DNA of 64,000 bases from Patescibacteria group bacterium (GCA_028707065.1 JAQTUZ010000005.1:3334-67333); one strand, 5' to 3'. Numbered from the stretch's first letter, positions 49,250-61,200 are shown. Notes: generated by a model from the sequence alone, not told the origin. Numbers and translations are program-made.

Positions 49250-50371
49250 TTAAAATAAAATAAAGTAAAGGATGGCGATCACCGCCGCCGCGATTCCCGA
49301 TAAAATCAAGAAGGTCAGCGCAATTTCATTTTTCTCGCGCGGCGATTTTTTCTTGGTTAAAATTTGTCCGCCCCGCAAGCCCATCTTCTTCAAGGCCGCG
49401 TTGATCGCCATTTTCCGATAAACTCGCAGAAAAATCAGAAAAAGAGTGATCAAAACCAAGAGGCTCGCGCCGACCGAAACGAGTATTTTGACGGGGAAGA
49501 TCCAAAAATACCAAAACATCGTCAGAGTTTTTCGCCCTTCGCCTCCCAATTCGGCGGGCGTGCCGTAACTTAAAACCAGTACTGCCTGATAACGGCCGAA
49601 ACCGAAACTGTCTTTCCAGTTAGCGGCGAACAAACGGGCGCTTTTCGGCAAAATATTTCCCCCCTTGTCGTTAACCGGCAAAACCGCCACCTTGCGGCCC
49701 AGCATATTGCTGATTTCGATCACACCCATGGGCTTGATATGCACGTTGCCCAAATTTTGAATTTTGGCGGAAAAATTCACGGAAAAAGGCGTGGCGTAAA
49801 AAATTTTATCAGTCTTGAATTCGCGGATATCGGCGCGTTCATCGGCAACGCCCTCTATCTGCAATAAAAGCAAAGCTGCCGCCTGTTCGGCCACGCCGAT
49901 CGCGGCGCCCTTTTCCGCCTCGCCCGGTTTGAGTTTCGGCGCTTGGGTGCCAAAAACGATCGCTCCGTAATACCCGCCCGGCCCGACATTGGAAGGAACA
50001 TTGACCGTAAAAGGGATCGCCCGGCCTTGCCCGGGTGAAAGAACAATGCCGTCGGTCGAAATATTTATCCAGGAAGAAATATAATTGCCTGCCTCGGTTC
50101 CGGGCACGATCAATTCCGCTTTGCCGCTTTCATCTTCGGCCGCGGCTTTAAAATCTTTCAAGAAAGCGTAAAAAGTTATCTCTTTATCCGATTGATTGGT
50201 TAAAGTGATCGCGCTAGTAAGCACATCGCCGGGTTTGACCATTTCTTCCAGAATCGATGGCGTGACCTTAATGGTGATTTGATTGGCATCCGCCGCCTTG
50301 GCCGCGCCAAATGGCATTAAAAAACAAATTGCCATTAATCCCCAAATCGCCAATTTTTTTTCCCTTAGCAT
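49250..50371 (-). CDS. DUF916/DUF3324-like (CscA-like) surface protein with C-terminal TMs
   Basis: ATG at 50371 (MLREKKLAIWGLMAICFLMPFGAAKA) is preferred over the TTG at 50425. ITIKVTPSILEEMVKPGDVL.., KIQNLGNVHIKPMGVIEISN..LPKSARLF..YQAVLVLSYG, and C-terminal TMs. Confidence 0.5.
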   Translation of the reverse strand: MLREKKLAIWGLMAICFLMPFGAAKAADANQITIKVTPSILEEMVKPGDVLTSAITLTNQSDKEITFYAFLKDFKAAAEDESGKAELIVPGTEAGNYISSWINISTDGIVLSPGQGRAIPFTVNVPSNVGPGGYYGAIVFGTQAPKLKPGEAEKGAAIGVAEQAAALLLLQIEGVADERADIREFKTDKIFYATPFSVNFSAKIQNLGNVHIKPMGVIEISNMLGRKVAVLPVNDKGGNILPKSARLFAANWKDSFGFGRYQAVLVLSYGTPAELGGEGRKTLTMFWYFWIFPVKILVSVGASLLVLITLFLIFLRVYRKMAINAALKKMGLRGGQILTKKKSPREKNEIALTFLILSGIAAAVIAILYFILF

Positions 50372-50461
50372 AAATAATAACACCGGCTGATCTTCCGTGG
50401 GTGCTGTCGTCGAATATCGATTCAACGACAGGATCCTCTTTTCCCAGCCGTCTTTTCTTAT

Positions 50462-50485
50462 TGAGATGGTTTTACAACCATCTCA
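50462..50485. repeat. perfect 10-bp-stem hairpin
   Basis: tgagatggtt-ttac-aaccatctca, about 90 nt upstream of the ATG at 50371. The half-site aatgagatggtt recurs at 23478-23489. Confidence 0.5.
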
Positions 50486-50565
50486 TTGAATTATCAATAA
50501 TATTATAGCAATCCTTGGACATTTTCTCAACTGCCGAATTGTTACTAAACTGTGCAAAAATATAA

Positions 50566-50597
50566 CGCGAATACCACGAATTATACTCGAATACCAC
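50566..50597. repeat. family B words (direct)
   Basis: cgcgaataccacgaattatactcgaataccac. Confidence 0.5.
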
Positions 50598-50608
50598 AAA
50601 CCATTTAT

Positions 50609-50754
50609 AATTCCCCTCTTGCTTGCCCCGCAAAGCGAAGCGATGCGTGGGGGGGTGGCCGCGCCGCCTTGTCCGCCTCGGGCGTAGCGAGACGGGGTGG
50701 AAGTCCCCTCTTGGGAGGGGTGGCCGGCCCCTGGCCGGACGGGGTGGGTTTATT
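50609..50754. repeat. two adjacent GC-rich REP-like units in inverted orientation
   Basis: The reverse complement reads aaacccaccccgtccggccaggggccggccacccctcccaagagggga, followed by a more diverged second unit. Confidence 0.7.
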
Positions 50755-50830
50755 CTTCTTCCTTATTATTGTTATTTTTATTTATCCACCCTCCAATAAT
50801 TTTCAAAATATTTTTAAATAATGTCAGGAA

Positions 50831-50884
50831 TATACCCTCCCCGCCTCGCCGGGCTCGGCACCCCTCCCGAGGAGGGGACAAACA
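50831..50884. repeat. GC-rich double-hairpin REP-like element
   Basis: ataccctccccgcctcgccgggctcggcacccctcccgaggaggggacaaac, near-identical to 4684-4735. Confidence 0.8.
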
Positions 50885-50933
50885 AAAAAACCGCCGGTGT
50901 TCAACCAGCGATTTTATTTTTTGATAAAATATT

Positions 50934-51980
50934 TTAGTAGGTCGGCGTGCAGATGTAAGTCAGCGTACTGGCGTAATCGCCGGCTTCCTGCAGGGCGCTG
51001 ATCTCGATGGAATAAGCCACCGTTGACGAGCCGATGCCGGTAGTTAAACCATCAGAAGGGCCGTTATGATACATGACTTCAACCGGAGTCGTGTGCCAAA
51101 AACCTTTGTAAAGCGAGCCGGCGAAAGGATTGCCGTCGCTTAAAACCGTATCGCCGCTGGTCAGGCCAAGATGGCCGTAAGTGTGGGCATTGCCCAAAAC
51201 ACCGGTCGGCGGCGCCCAGGCCAAGGGCGTGGTGGAGGCGGCCGCGCCGTCTCTGAATGAATCGATATCGGCGCCATTGCTGGCTAGCAAATTATGATCC
51301 TGCTCGACCGTGACCGTATAGCCATAATTGGCGTTAGTGGTGACATTCAATTTCTGGCACATGGTCTTTTCGACTCCCGGAGTAAGAACTCCGAAAGCTA
51401 AAGTATTAAAAGTCGAGGAGGCGGTGCAGGGAACGCCGTTAACCGAAGTGGAAGTGGTCGAGGCTATGCCGGTAATCGTAAAAGTCAAGGAAGCTTCGAC
51501 AGTCGCGGTTACGGCCACGCTGTTGACGATCGCCACGCGGAAAGTGGAATGCTCGATCAGCGCTCCGCCGCTGGCCTTAGTATTAATGGTGATCAACTGG
51601 CTGCCGACCGTGGCCGGATTGGTAGTCCCGCTCAAAGTGATCGTGTAAAGGCCGACGGCCAGACCTCCCGTATAAGCGCAAGTTACGGTGTTGCCGGTTC
51701 CACCCTCGTCTCCCGCGTTGGGACAGATTAAATTACCCGACGAAATATCAGTGAAAGCCGCGGGAAAAATTATTTCAATATAGCCGTTAGCGCCGATCGC
51801 CTGGGTGGTCGAAGCGACGATCGTGTGCGTGACGTTGGCCTCCAATACATCGGAACTGGAAATCGTATCTTTGACACTCTCCATTGATATCGCGTTAGTG
51901 ACCCGGGGAACCGAACCATACATCAACAGCATGCTGAGCATGAGCAATCCGATGATAAATTTTCGTCTTGAAATTTTCAT
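50934..51980 (-). CDS. secreted protein with WxL-like C-terminal domain shared with giant-2
   Basis: Signal peptide. The C-terminal ~190 aa align with the giant-2 tail: SLTFTITGI/SLTLTVAGL, LAFGVLTPG/VPFGVLAPD, NANYGYTVTV/NAEWGYSLYA, and ending AGDYASTLTYICTPTY/AGDYSTNIVYILVPTY. Confidence 0.55.
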   Translation of the reverse strand: MKISRRKFIIGLLMLSMLLMYGSVPRVTNAISMESVKDTISSSDVLEANVTHTIVASTTQAIGANGYIEIIFPAAFTDISSGNLICPNAGDEGGTGNTVTCAYTGGLAVGLYTITLSGTTNPATVGSQLITINTKASGGALIEHSTFRVAIVNSVAVTATVEASLTFTITGIASTTSTSVNGVPCTASSTFNTLAFGVLTPGVEKTMCQKLNVTTNANYGYTVTVEQDHNLLASNGADIDSFRDGAAASTTPLAWAPPTGVLGNAHTYGHLGLTSGDTVLSDGNPFAGSLYKGFWHTTPVEVMYHNGPSDGLTTGIGSSTVAYSIEISALQEAGDYASTLTYICTPTY

Positions 51981-52111
51981 ATTTTTTTTCTTGCCTTACC
52001 AGCCGACCGTCGGGAAATAATTATTTATAAATACTTTAAAAATAGCCTCCTATTCCGCTTAAGCGATAGCTTGCTTAGGACGCGTTCAGAATAATTTTAT
52101 CTCCTCGTTTT

Positions 52112-52120
52112 ATTATACCA
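52112..52120 (-). promoter_or_regulatory. extended -10 promoter (TGGTATAAT) upstream of 50934..51980
   Basis: Minus strand reads TTATAA, 17-nt spacer with TG, then TATAAT. A second TATAAT lies 22 nt further upstream. The leader to the ATG at 51980 is about 125 nt. Confidence 0.45.
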
Positions 52121-52201
52121 TAATTCAGTTTAAATTATAACCCCCTGTCTATCTTTATTAGCCTATTGACCTTTTAATATCTTTTCCCTTTAATTTTGGC
52201 T

Positions 52202-52258
52202 AAAAAAAGAATGAATAAGCTCAAAATTAGAAATTTGAAATTCGAAATTTGCTTGAGC
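52202..52258 (-). terminator. weak terminator candidate after giant-2
   Basis: Stem gctcaa (52219-24)/ttgagc (52253-58) encloses GAAATTT words. The U-run (plus aaaaaaa 52202-08) lies 10 nt away from the stem. Confidence 0.3.
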
Positions 52259-52270
52259 CTGTGGATAAAC

Positions 52271-55200
52271 TTAGTAAGTCGGCACCAAGATATACACAAT
52301 ATTCGTCGAGTAATCCCCGGCCGGCTGCAGGCTGCCGATGCCGGCGCGGAAAATTAAATCGAAGGTTTCATCGGTCACCGGAATCGAACTGTAAGAAATT
52401 TCCTGGTTGCTTGAATCAAATTGCGCGTAAGTGTTATCGGCGGCAAAGCGCGAAGGCGCCGCTCCGGAAAGAGTATCGTCGCCGGAATGATAACCGAAAT
52501 CGCTCGGGTTGAAGACAACAGGCCAAGCCGCGGGCGAAGCGTTAGTCCAAGGAACCGGATTTATTATCGCTCCGTTCGAACTGATGAAATCGTTGGTTTG
52601 GAAGGCATACAAACTGTAACCCCATTCCGCGTTAGTGGAGACGGTAAACCGCTGCGCGCCGATCACCTGATTGTCGGGAGCAAGCACGCCGAACGGAACG
52701 CTCGCCTCGCTGGTCGTCGCGGTGGTGACGATTCCTTCCGTGGCCGTGCCGGCCGGCAGTCCGGCCACGGTCAAGGTCAGGCTGCCGGCGGCGGCGATCA
52801 GACTCGGGTAAACAGCATAAGGTTTGGTGGGAATCGGCTGATCAATATTATTATCGTAACCGCGGAAATAATAAACGGTTCCGGAAGCCGCGCCATTGTT
52901 CCTGATGGTAAATTCCCATTCGCCCCAGCTGTTGGCCGGCTGCACGGCCGAGGAAGTGGAAATACCGGATTCGTTATGAGTCATCTTTGCCGTGGTCGTG
53001 CTTAGTAATAAATTTTGGATCGGATCATTATCCAGATCAATGCCATCGGCATAAGTCCAATCGGTAGTTGAGCTGATCTCCCCTACCCAATTTACGTCAG
53101 TTAAAAAATCAGAATAAGTGGAATACTGCAAACGGATCTTGGTATCAAGCGCGTCAAGACCCTGGATTTCCTGGAAAGCCATTCTTAATTTCATTATTTG
53201 TCCGTCCGTGATATTGTTTGGCGTCGCGTTTTCATCAGCCAGCGGAATTTGCGGCGTTTCATTATATTGATCCTGATACCAGCGCCAGGGACCGCCCGAG
53301 CGCTTAGTGCTCCAGAGATAAACGGAAATTTCTTCCGAGGAACTGGATTTATTGCCGTATTGATCATAAGCCCAGATGCGGAAGACGTATTGCTGGTTGG
53401 CCGTCAAGCCGGTGACGGTCGTGGTGGCCGCGCTGTTATAATCGGCGTAACCCAAATTAGGATCGGACGTCGATCCCCAAAGCGAATCGCTCTCGGTTAC
53501 GCCCGAACTGCCTACCTTATAATATATCCGGTACTCTTTAAAGTGGGTGTCCGAGGATGCCGAGCCGAACACCAGAGTGACCGAACCGGTGGTTTTGCTG
53601 GTGGTGGCCAAGTTCCCCGGATTGGTCGGCTTGACCTGATCGATGATGACCGTGGTGGTGGCCGAGACGGTTTGATTGTCATAACCGTCGTAGGCCGTGC
53701 CGCGCAAACAAAAAATTTGATCAATGCCGGAGACATCATTCAAGGTCGGCCAATCAAAAGCCACGGTATTGGTGCCGTAAGCCGTGATGATCATATTGCC
53801 GGTAGTGGAGCCGATCTGATAGGTTTCGCTATTGTCGATATCGGGAAGCCCGTAAGTCGCGCTCACCGAGGCCGGATCAGTATCCAGAGTAGGATCAAGC
53901 GACGAGCCGAAATCGCAGGAAGAATTGGCCCCGAATTCCAGCTTGAGCTGGGTGGGATAACCGGCCGGATGCGAAACGTTTAAAGTCATTCTGACCACTG
54001 CTGAACCGTCTCTTTTTTGCTGCGCGGACAAGAAAGAGCTGTCAGGCGGCGGCGATAAGGTCAATTCCGGATAGCGTGTGTAAGCGTCCAATACCTGACC
54101 GTTCTTCAAGACGCGGAAACAATAAGTCTGGCCGGCCGCGGCATTGGTGGTCGCCTGGAAAGCATATTCCAATTCAGTATATTCGTTAGCGCCCAAAGTG
54201 GTCGAGGCGCTTTGATTGCTCAAGGCCTTGATCAAACTGCCAGGCACGAAATTGTAGCCCTCGGCATTATTAAAGCGCTGGACGGTCGGTTCGCCGTTGA
54301 AGAAATAGCTGGAATCGATCATGGCAAAATCATCGGCGGCCGTGGTGGTCGGCACATCATTCCAGGAAACCACCGCCGCGCAACTGGCCGCCTTATCCGC
54401 GTATTGCACTTTGTATTGATCTGTTGTTGACCAATCGCCGATATTGGCCACGCTGATCCTGACTCTGACTGGTTTTTCCTTGCCCAGATAAAGAATGTTG
54501 GTCGGATCAACCGTGTCCTCGGCCTCGCGCCAAGTCGCGCCTGTGCTGCTATACGTGGTGGTGGACACCTGGTTAACAGCCGACGATTTATTGCCGTAGT
54601 AATCATAGGCCCAGATATTAAAGGAATATTGGGCTACCGCGGTCAAATTAGAGACCGCGGTGGTGGCTTTGCCGTTATAATCGGCAAACCCCAAGTTATA
54701 ATCCAGCGCTTTGGTCAAAGACAGATCGGCTTCGGTGACCGTGGCCGTGCCGACTTGGTAGAAAACTTTATATTCCCGGAAATGCGAATCAGCCGCGGCC
54801 GAACCGAATTTCAAGAAAACATAATCGCCATTAACGCGGGAGACAGAGAGATCGCCAGGGGTGGAGGGCGCGGCATTATCGATCACTAAACTGGTGGTGG
54901 CCGATGCAAGTTGATCATTTTTTCCATCGTTGATCGTCAAGCGCAAACAATAAATTCCGTCGCCGGTTGGCAAATCCAAGCCAGCGAGCCAATCGAAGTT
55001 AACCGTGTTCGGCCCGCTGGTAGTGATAATCCGGGAAGCGTCGCCGATTTGATAAGCGTTATTATTATTAAGATCCGGGTGGCCGAAGCTGGCGCTGATC
55101 GTGGAACTGGCGTTGTTCAAAGTCGGGTCAAGCGGCGAGCCATGGCAATCGGCATCGGCAAAATATTCCAGCTTGGCCGCGACCGAATCGCCGTCCGGGT

Positions 55201-58200
55201 CGCTGGTAGTGAAGGAAATGTCGACCACGCCGCTGCCGTTGGTTTCCTCGGCGGCCGAATTGAAGGTCCCGGTCGGCAAATGATCAGTGGAATAAGTTGT
55301 TTCCGTGGAACTGGCTTTATGCCCGTAATCATCATAAGCGAAAATCTTAAAACTGTACTGTTTGCCGCCGGTCAGCCCGGTCGCGGTGGTCGTGGCCGCG
55401 CCATTATAATTAATGTAGGCGAGATTGGCATCGGACAATTCCGTGTCGCTTTCGGTAACGCCGGTCCCCTGCTTATAGAAAATGCGGTAGCTTTGGAAAT
55501 TGGTTTCCCGGGTTGCCGCGCCAAAAACAAGTTCCAGATAAGTCGAACCTCTTTTGCCCAAAGTCAAAGCGCCGGGAGCGGTCGGTTTGATATTATCGAT
55601 GACTAGCGAAGTCGTGGCCGGCGCTGCCTGATCTTCAATTCCGTCGTTAGCGGTTAAGCGCAAACAATAAACCGCGTTGCCGGCCGGCAGATCGATCGTG
55701 GAAAGCCAATCAAAATTAACCGTATTGGCGCCGGAGCTGGTAATGATCCAGCCGCTCGAATTGCCGATCTGGTAAGCGTTGGTGTTGCTGATCTTAGCAT
55801 CGCCATAAGTGGAAGTGGCGGTATAATCGGTTTCGTCCAAAGTTGTCGCGTATGGCGCGCCCACGCAGCGGGAATTGGCGAAGAACTCCAGCTTGGCTTT
55901 TAAATTATCCTGGTTGGCATCGTTGGCGATAATGGCGATGTCCACCCGGCCCGAGCCGTCGGTCTGCTCTGAAGCCGAGGCAAAACTCGCGGTCGGAAGA
56001 GCGTTGGTGGTCGCGGTCAATTCGGACGTGGAGCTGGCTCGCCTACCTGTTGAATCATAAGCGTAAATATTAAAGACGTATTGAGTATTGGCCGCCAAAT
56101 TAGCAATAGTGGTCGAACCCGCGCCGTTATAATTAATGTAGGCGAGATTGGCATCCGAGCTTGAACCCCAGAGCGAATCGGTTTCCTTTACGCCGCTCGA
56201 CCCGGCTTGGTAGAATATTTTATATTGAGTAAAGAAGGCTGAAGCGCTTTCTGCTCCGAAATTCAAGGTCAAGCTATGCGAAGTCTTGGAATCCAAGGTT
56301 AACGCGCCAGGAAGAGTCGGCCCATTGCCCGAGACCGTGAAGTTCGGCACGGTATCATTGAACTTGGTCCAATTGGAACAGGCATTTTCTTCGTCGCAAA
56401 CCAGCGCTTGCCATTTATAACCGACTGCCGAATCCGGCAGACCGGGGACAGTAACTTGATCGCCCATGCCGGTTCTTGTCTCTTCGGCACCGGCATTGGT
56501 AAATGATTCCGGATCATTTTGATTGCGATAAGTCGTGCTTATCCAAGCGGCGCCGGCCTTAGTGTCCGCCACGGTGATTTCATCAAGCCGGCCGTCAAAA
56601 CCTAAGCCAATTCGCAGCGGCTGATCATTGGTTTCGGGCGCGGTGGAAAAAGTGGTGCTGGCCTGTGATTGGCCGTTCAGCTTAAGTTCCAAATGAGAAC
56701 TATCCCCGAGCAAAGTGAAATATTGCCAGCTATCAGTGGCGATCAGCGCGTCCACCGTGGTCGTGCCGTAACCAGCCGAGAGATAACTCCCCTTTTGCGA
56801 AACTTGATAATTTTGCTTATCCGCGATGATCCGGGGATTGGCCAAAGCGGATAGTCCGCTCGCGTTCGAAGAAATTCGCCACTCGCCTACCCAATCGCCG
56901 CTGCCGTTCACCACTCTGACAATGATGGTATTCCAGCCTTGTTTCAAATCGACCGCGTTAACCAGAGCATCAGCCGTGAAGCCGTGGACCTGGCAATCGG
57001 CCGAAATCAAACGGCCGTTCACCCACAATTCACTGCCGTCATCAGAACCGCGGGAAATATTGACCGTGCGGCCATCCGGCGAATAAATGTAAGCTCCGAC
57101 ATAAGCTTCGGAGTTCACCGCCGTGTTTCCCCAAACTTTGTTCAAATCGATCGAATAGGGCGCGGCCTGATAATAAACCGAGGACAAACTGGTATCATAA
57201 ACTTTCCAGGATGAGCCGTTAGCCCAAGTGTCGCTGCCATAAGTCGCGCCGGAATAAGGATCAATCATGGCCGGATCAAAAGCGCCCGCGGGAGCGCAAT
57301 CCGCTCCGCCGTCAGCAGGCCATTTCAAGCCGACAAATTGATAACGGGCCTCGCCGCTACCTGACAAACTGTCGACTGTCGCCGTATCCGGGTTGATCCA
57401 GCCGGAAACGGTCAAACCGCCGGTAATATCCAAACTGGCCGAATTCGCCGCCTGCAAAAATTTGTTGGCGCTGTTAAAATCATCAGCTCCGTCAATAATG
57501 CCGGCGCGGCCTTTTTCGCTGCCGTCAAAATTATGGGTCGCGGCATTATTGGCGTTAACGGTCGAGTCTAATCTCGCCCCGGTGCCAGATTCGGCTAAAT
57601 GCCAGACAGCCTGATAATCGCTGTTCCAAGTATTAGCCGAAGAAAGATCGGCGGTTTGGCCGGAGTTGCCGTAATACAGATAAATATCAGTGTCAACGCT
57701 CGCCGAAAGACCGGACTTGACCCAGAATTCGTATTCACCCGTCGTGGAATTGAATTTCTCTTGGGCAAAATTCAATAGGGTCCGGCCGTCAGCGGCGGTA
57801 AAAATGATATCATGTCCGTCGGCGCGGGCCTTGGCCGCCAGATCAGCATCGGTAGCCGTGGCGATCAAGATCGGGAAGTCAGTGAGATCAGCGGCCACTT
57901 GCGCGTGATTAACAGTGATCTTCCGGCGATACAACCAGCCGGCGTTATACCAATCGGACGGGCCCGAGGAAGTGGCGGCCGCCCAGATTTTGGCGGCGCA
58001 AGAATTAAAGGCGGTATTGCTCGCACAAGTTGTTCCTGGCGCGGAAGTCGCAGTAGTAAACCCAGTCCCATTATCCAACAATTGGAAATAGAAAGTGGTG
58101 CTGGTGGAATCCGTATCCACCACATTGGCCCGCAGCTTTACCGTAGCCTGATCAATGACCGCGCCGTTGAGAATGGGCGTGCCGTCGCTCTTGGTCTGTT

Positions 58201-61200
58201 TAAGGTCATTGGGGTTATCCGGCTTTTGGTTGATTTTGAAACTGACCGGAGTGGCGCTGGCTTTATTGCCGTAATCATCGTCAGCCCAGATATTGGCCGC
58301 ATACCAATTGCCCGCGGTCAAGCCGCTAATGGTGGTCGTGGCCGCGCCGTTATAATTCTGATAATTCAAATTGCTGTCGGTCTTTTCATTGTCCGTTTCC
58401 GCCACCGGCGGGCTGCCGGTTTTGTAGAAAATCCGGTAGCGGTAAAAATTAGCTTCCGCGGCCGCGGCGCCATAATTCAAGATCGCGCTGCTGCCGACTT
58501 TTTTGTTGATTGTCAGATTGCCCAGCCCGGTCGGGGCTTTATTATCAATATACAAGGCGGTGGTGGTCGCCGTCGAATCATATGATCCGTTATTAACGGT
58601 CAGGCGCAGACAATAAGTCCCTTCGGCCGCCGGCACATCCGCCTGGGAAAGCCAGACGAAGTTGACGGTGTTGGCGCCGTCAGAGGTGCTGATGTAACCG
58701 GTGCTGGTGCCGACCTGATAGGAATTTTTATTCTGGATGACCGGAGTGCCGGTCGAGGCGGAGATCGATGACGGGTCTTCGTCCAAAGTCGGCTTAAGCG
58801 GCGAGCCGGTGCAGCCGGAATTGGCAAAATATTCCAGCTTGGCGCGAGTATCATAGTCATTAGGATCATCGGCGGTAATGGAAATATTAATGCGCCCCGA
58901 ACCATCAACCTGCTCCGCGGCGGAATTGATCACGCCGGTCGGACCGACCGGGGTCTTGGTGGTGAATTCAGGGCTGCTGGAAGCTTTATTGCCGTAAAGA
59001 TCATAAGCCCAGATATTGAAAACATAATCAGTATTGGTATTCAAGCCGGCGATTGTCGTGGTGGCATGGCCGGAATAATCAAGGACGCTTAGGACCGCGT
59101 CCGAGGAAGAGCCGAACAGGGTATTATGTTCATTAACGCCGCTGGTTCCCGCTTTATAATAAATTTTATATTGGCGGAAATTGGTTTCGGTGGCGGCCGT
59201 GCCGAACAAAACAGTCACGCTGTTGATGGTTTTTTTGCTCAAAGTCAAAGCGCCCAAAGCAGCCGGCGGGGCATTATCAATGATCAAAGTGGTCGTGGCC
59301 GACTTGGTGCCGCCGCGATTGTCGTTCGCCGTGACCCGGAGACAATAGATACCATCACCGGCGGGCAGATCAGTTTTACTCGGCCATTCAAAATTGAGCG
59401 TATTATTACCGAAGGAAGTCAGGATCCAGCCGGTCGAGGTGCCGATCTGGTAATCATTTTTATTTTGGATGGTCGGGTGGCCGAAGAAAGCGGATGAATG
59501 CGTATATCTCTCATCAAGCGCTGCCTTAAGCGGGCTGGAAAAATCGCAGCTGGAACCGGCCGCGTATTCCACTCTCGCCATTGTTTGATTGTCGCCGTCC
59601 GGATCGCCGACCAGCAAGGAAATATCCACCACCCCCGTGCCATTTGTTCTTTCCGCCGCTGAATTAAAAATAATGGTCGGCAAGCGGTCGGTGCGCTCCC
59701 AGATCATCGTCGAGCTGGTTTTACCGCCGTAATTATCATAGGCCCAAATCGAGAAACTATAAGCCGTGCCGCTATTTAAGCCGGTGACAGTGGTGGAAGA
59801 TTTACCGTTGAAATCGATCGCGCCCAAATTAGCATCCGAGCTGGAACCCCAGAGCGAGTCGGTTTCGCGAACCGGCGTGGTTGAACCGACGCGATAATAA
59901 ATTTTATACTGCGAAAAACCAGCGCCCGTGACCGGAGCGGGGTAGCCAAGTTTCATCGAAGCGGAACTTGAAGCGATCACGGTCAGCGGACCGGGCGTGG
60001 AAAGATTGGAGCTGGCCAGAATGAAATTGGGAATGGTTTCATTGAATTTCTTCCAGGCTCTCGAGCAGCCGTCGGCATCGCAAGCCAAGGCCTGCCATTT
60101 GTAACTTCCAAAAGGAATATTCTTTAAATCGACTTTTACGGCATTGGCCGCCAGCCAAACTTTGCTGGAACAGCCGGCGTAGGCGGTGCCGGAAGAGCAG
60201 GCATTGCTCGGCGTGGAAGTGGAAGTTTTAAACGATTCCGAGCTGGTGGCCAGCTGGTAATAAATAGTCACTGAATCGCCGTCCGCGTCGGTCGTGGTCG
60301 CGTAAAGATTAACTTCATCAATATCCAACCAGGAATTATTAGGAATAACAGTAATGCCATCGGACCGATATTGCTCCAGGTTATCGGGAATCGCCGGGAA
60401 ATTCTTGGTCGCCGTGGAGAATTCAGTGGAACTGGCTTTGTTGCCGGCCGAATCATAAGCGTAAATATTGAAAACATATTGCGTGCCGGCGTTGAGGCCG
60501 GAGATAGCAGTAGTGGCATGGGAAAGATAAGTTTGTGAACCTAACGCCGCGTCAGAAGAAGAACTGAAGAGTATATCGCTCTCGGTAACGCCGGAGGAAC
60601 CGACTTTGTAGAAAATCTTGTATTGGGAGAAATTGGTTTCATCGGTGGCCGAGCCAAAAAAGAGATCAATGGAAGTATCGGTTTTTTTGCTTAATGACAA
60701 ATCGCCGGGGGCGGTCGGGTCGGTCTCATCATTCGTAAAGTTAGGCGTGCCGGCGTCAAAGGCCTTCCAGTTTCGCGCGCAGCCGTCAATATCGCAAGCT
60801 AACGCCTGCCATTTATAGCTGCCCTCGGGGATAGCTTTAATGTCGGCCGGGGAATTGTTGCGCCAAACCTTCGACGGGCAGGAAGCATAAGCGGTGCCGG
60901 ACGAGCAAGCATCGGCCGGAGTCGTAGTGGCGGTAAGATACGAACCGCTCGTCGAGGCTAATTGATAATAGAGAGTGACGGGGTCGGCATCGGCATCGGT
61001 GGTGGTGGCAAAAAGATTGACTTCGTTTTGATTGATGAAGGCGCCATTGGGTATGACCGTAATTCCGTCGGCGCGATATTGGATAAGACCGGAAGCTTGC
61101 GCCGGGAAATTCTTGGTGGTGGTGGTGAATTCGGAAGTGCTACTGGCGATGTTGCCGTAAGAATCATAGGCGAAAAGATTGAACACGTAGGCCGTGCCGG

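Noticed and set aside
50552-50924. Plus-strand ORFs of 89 and 75 aa in the 562-bp spacer.
   Set aside because: They are composed almost entirely of REP-element sequence (SPPRRARHPSRGGD..), with no RBS and compositionally implausible translations.
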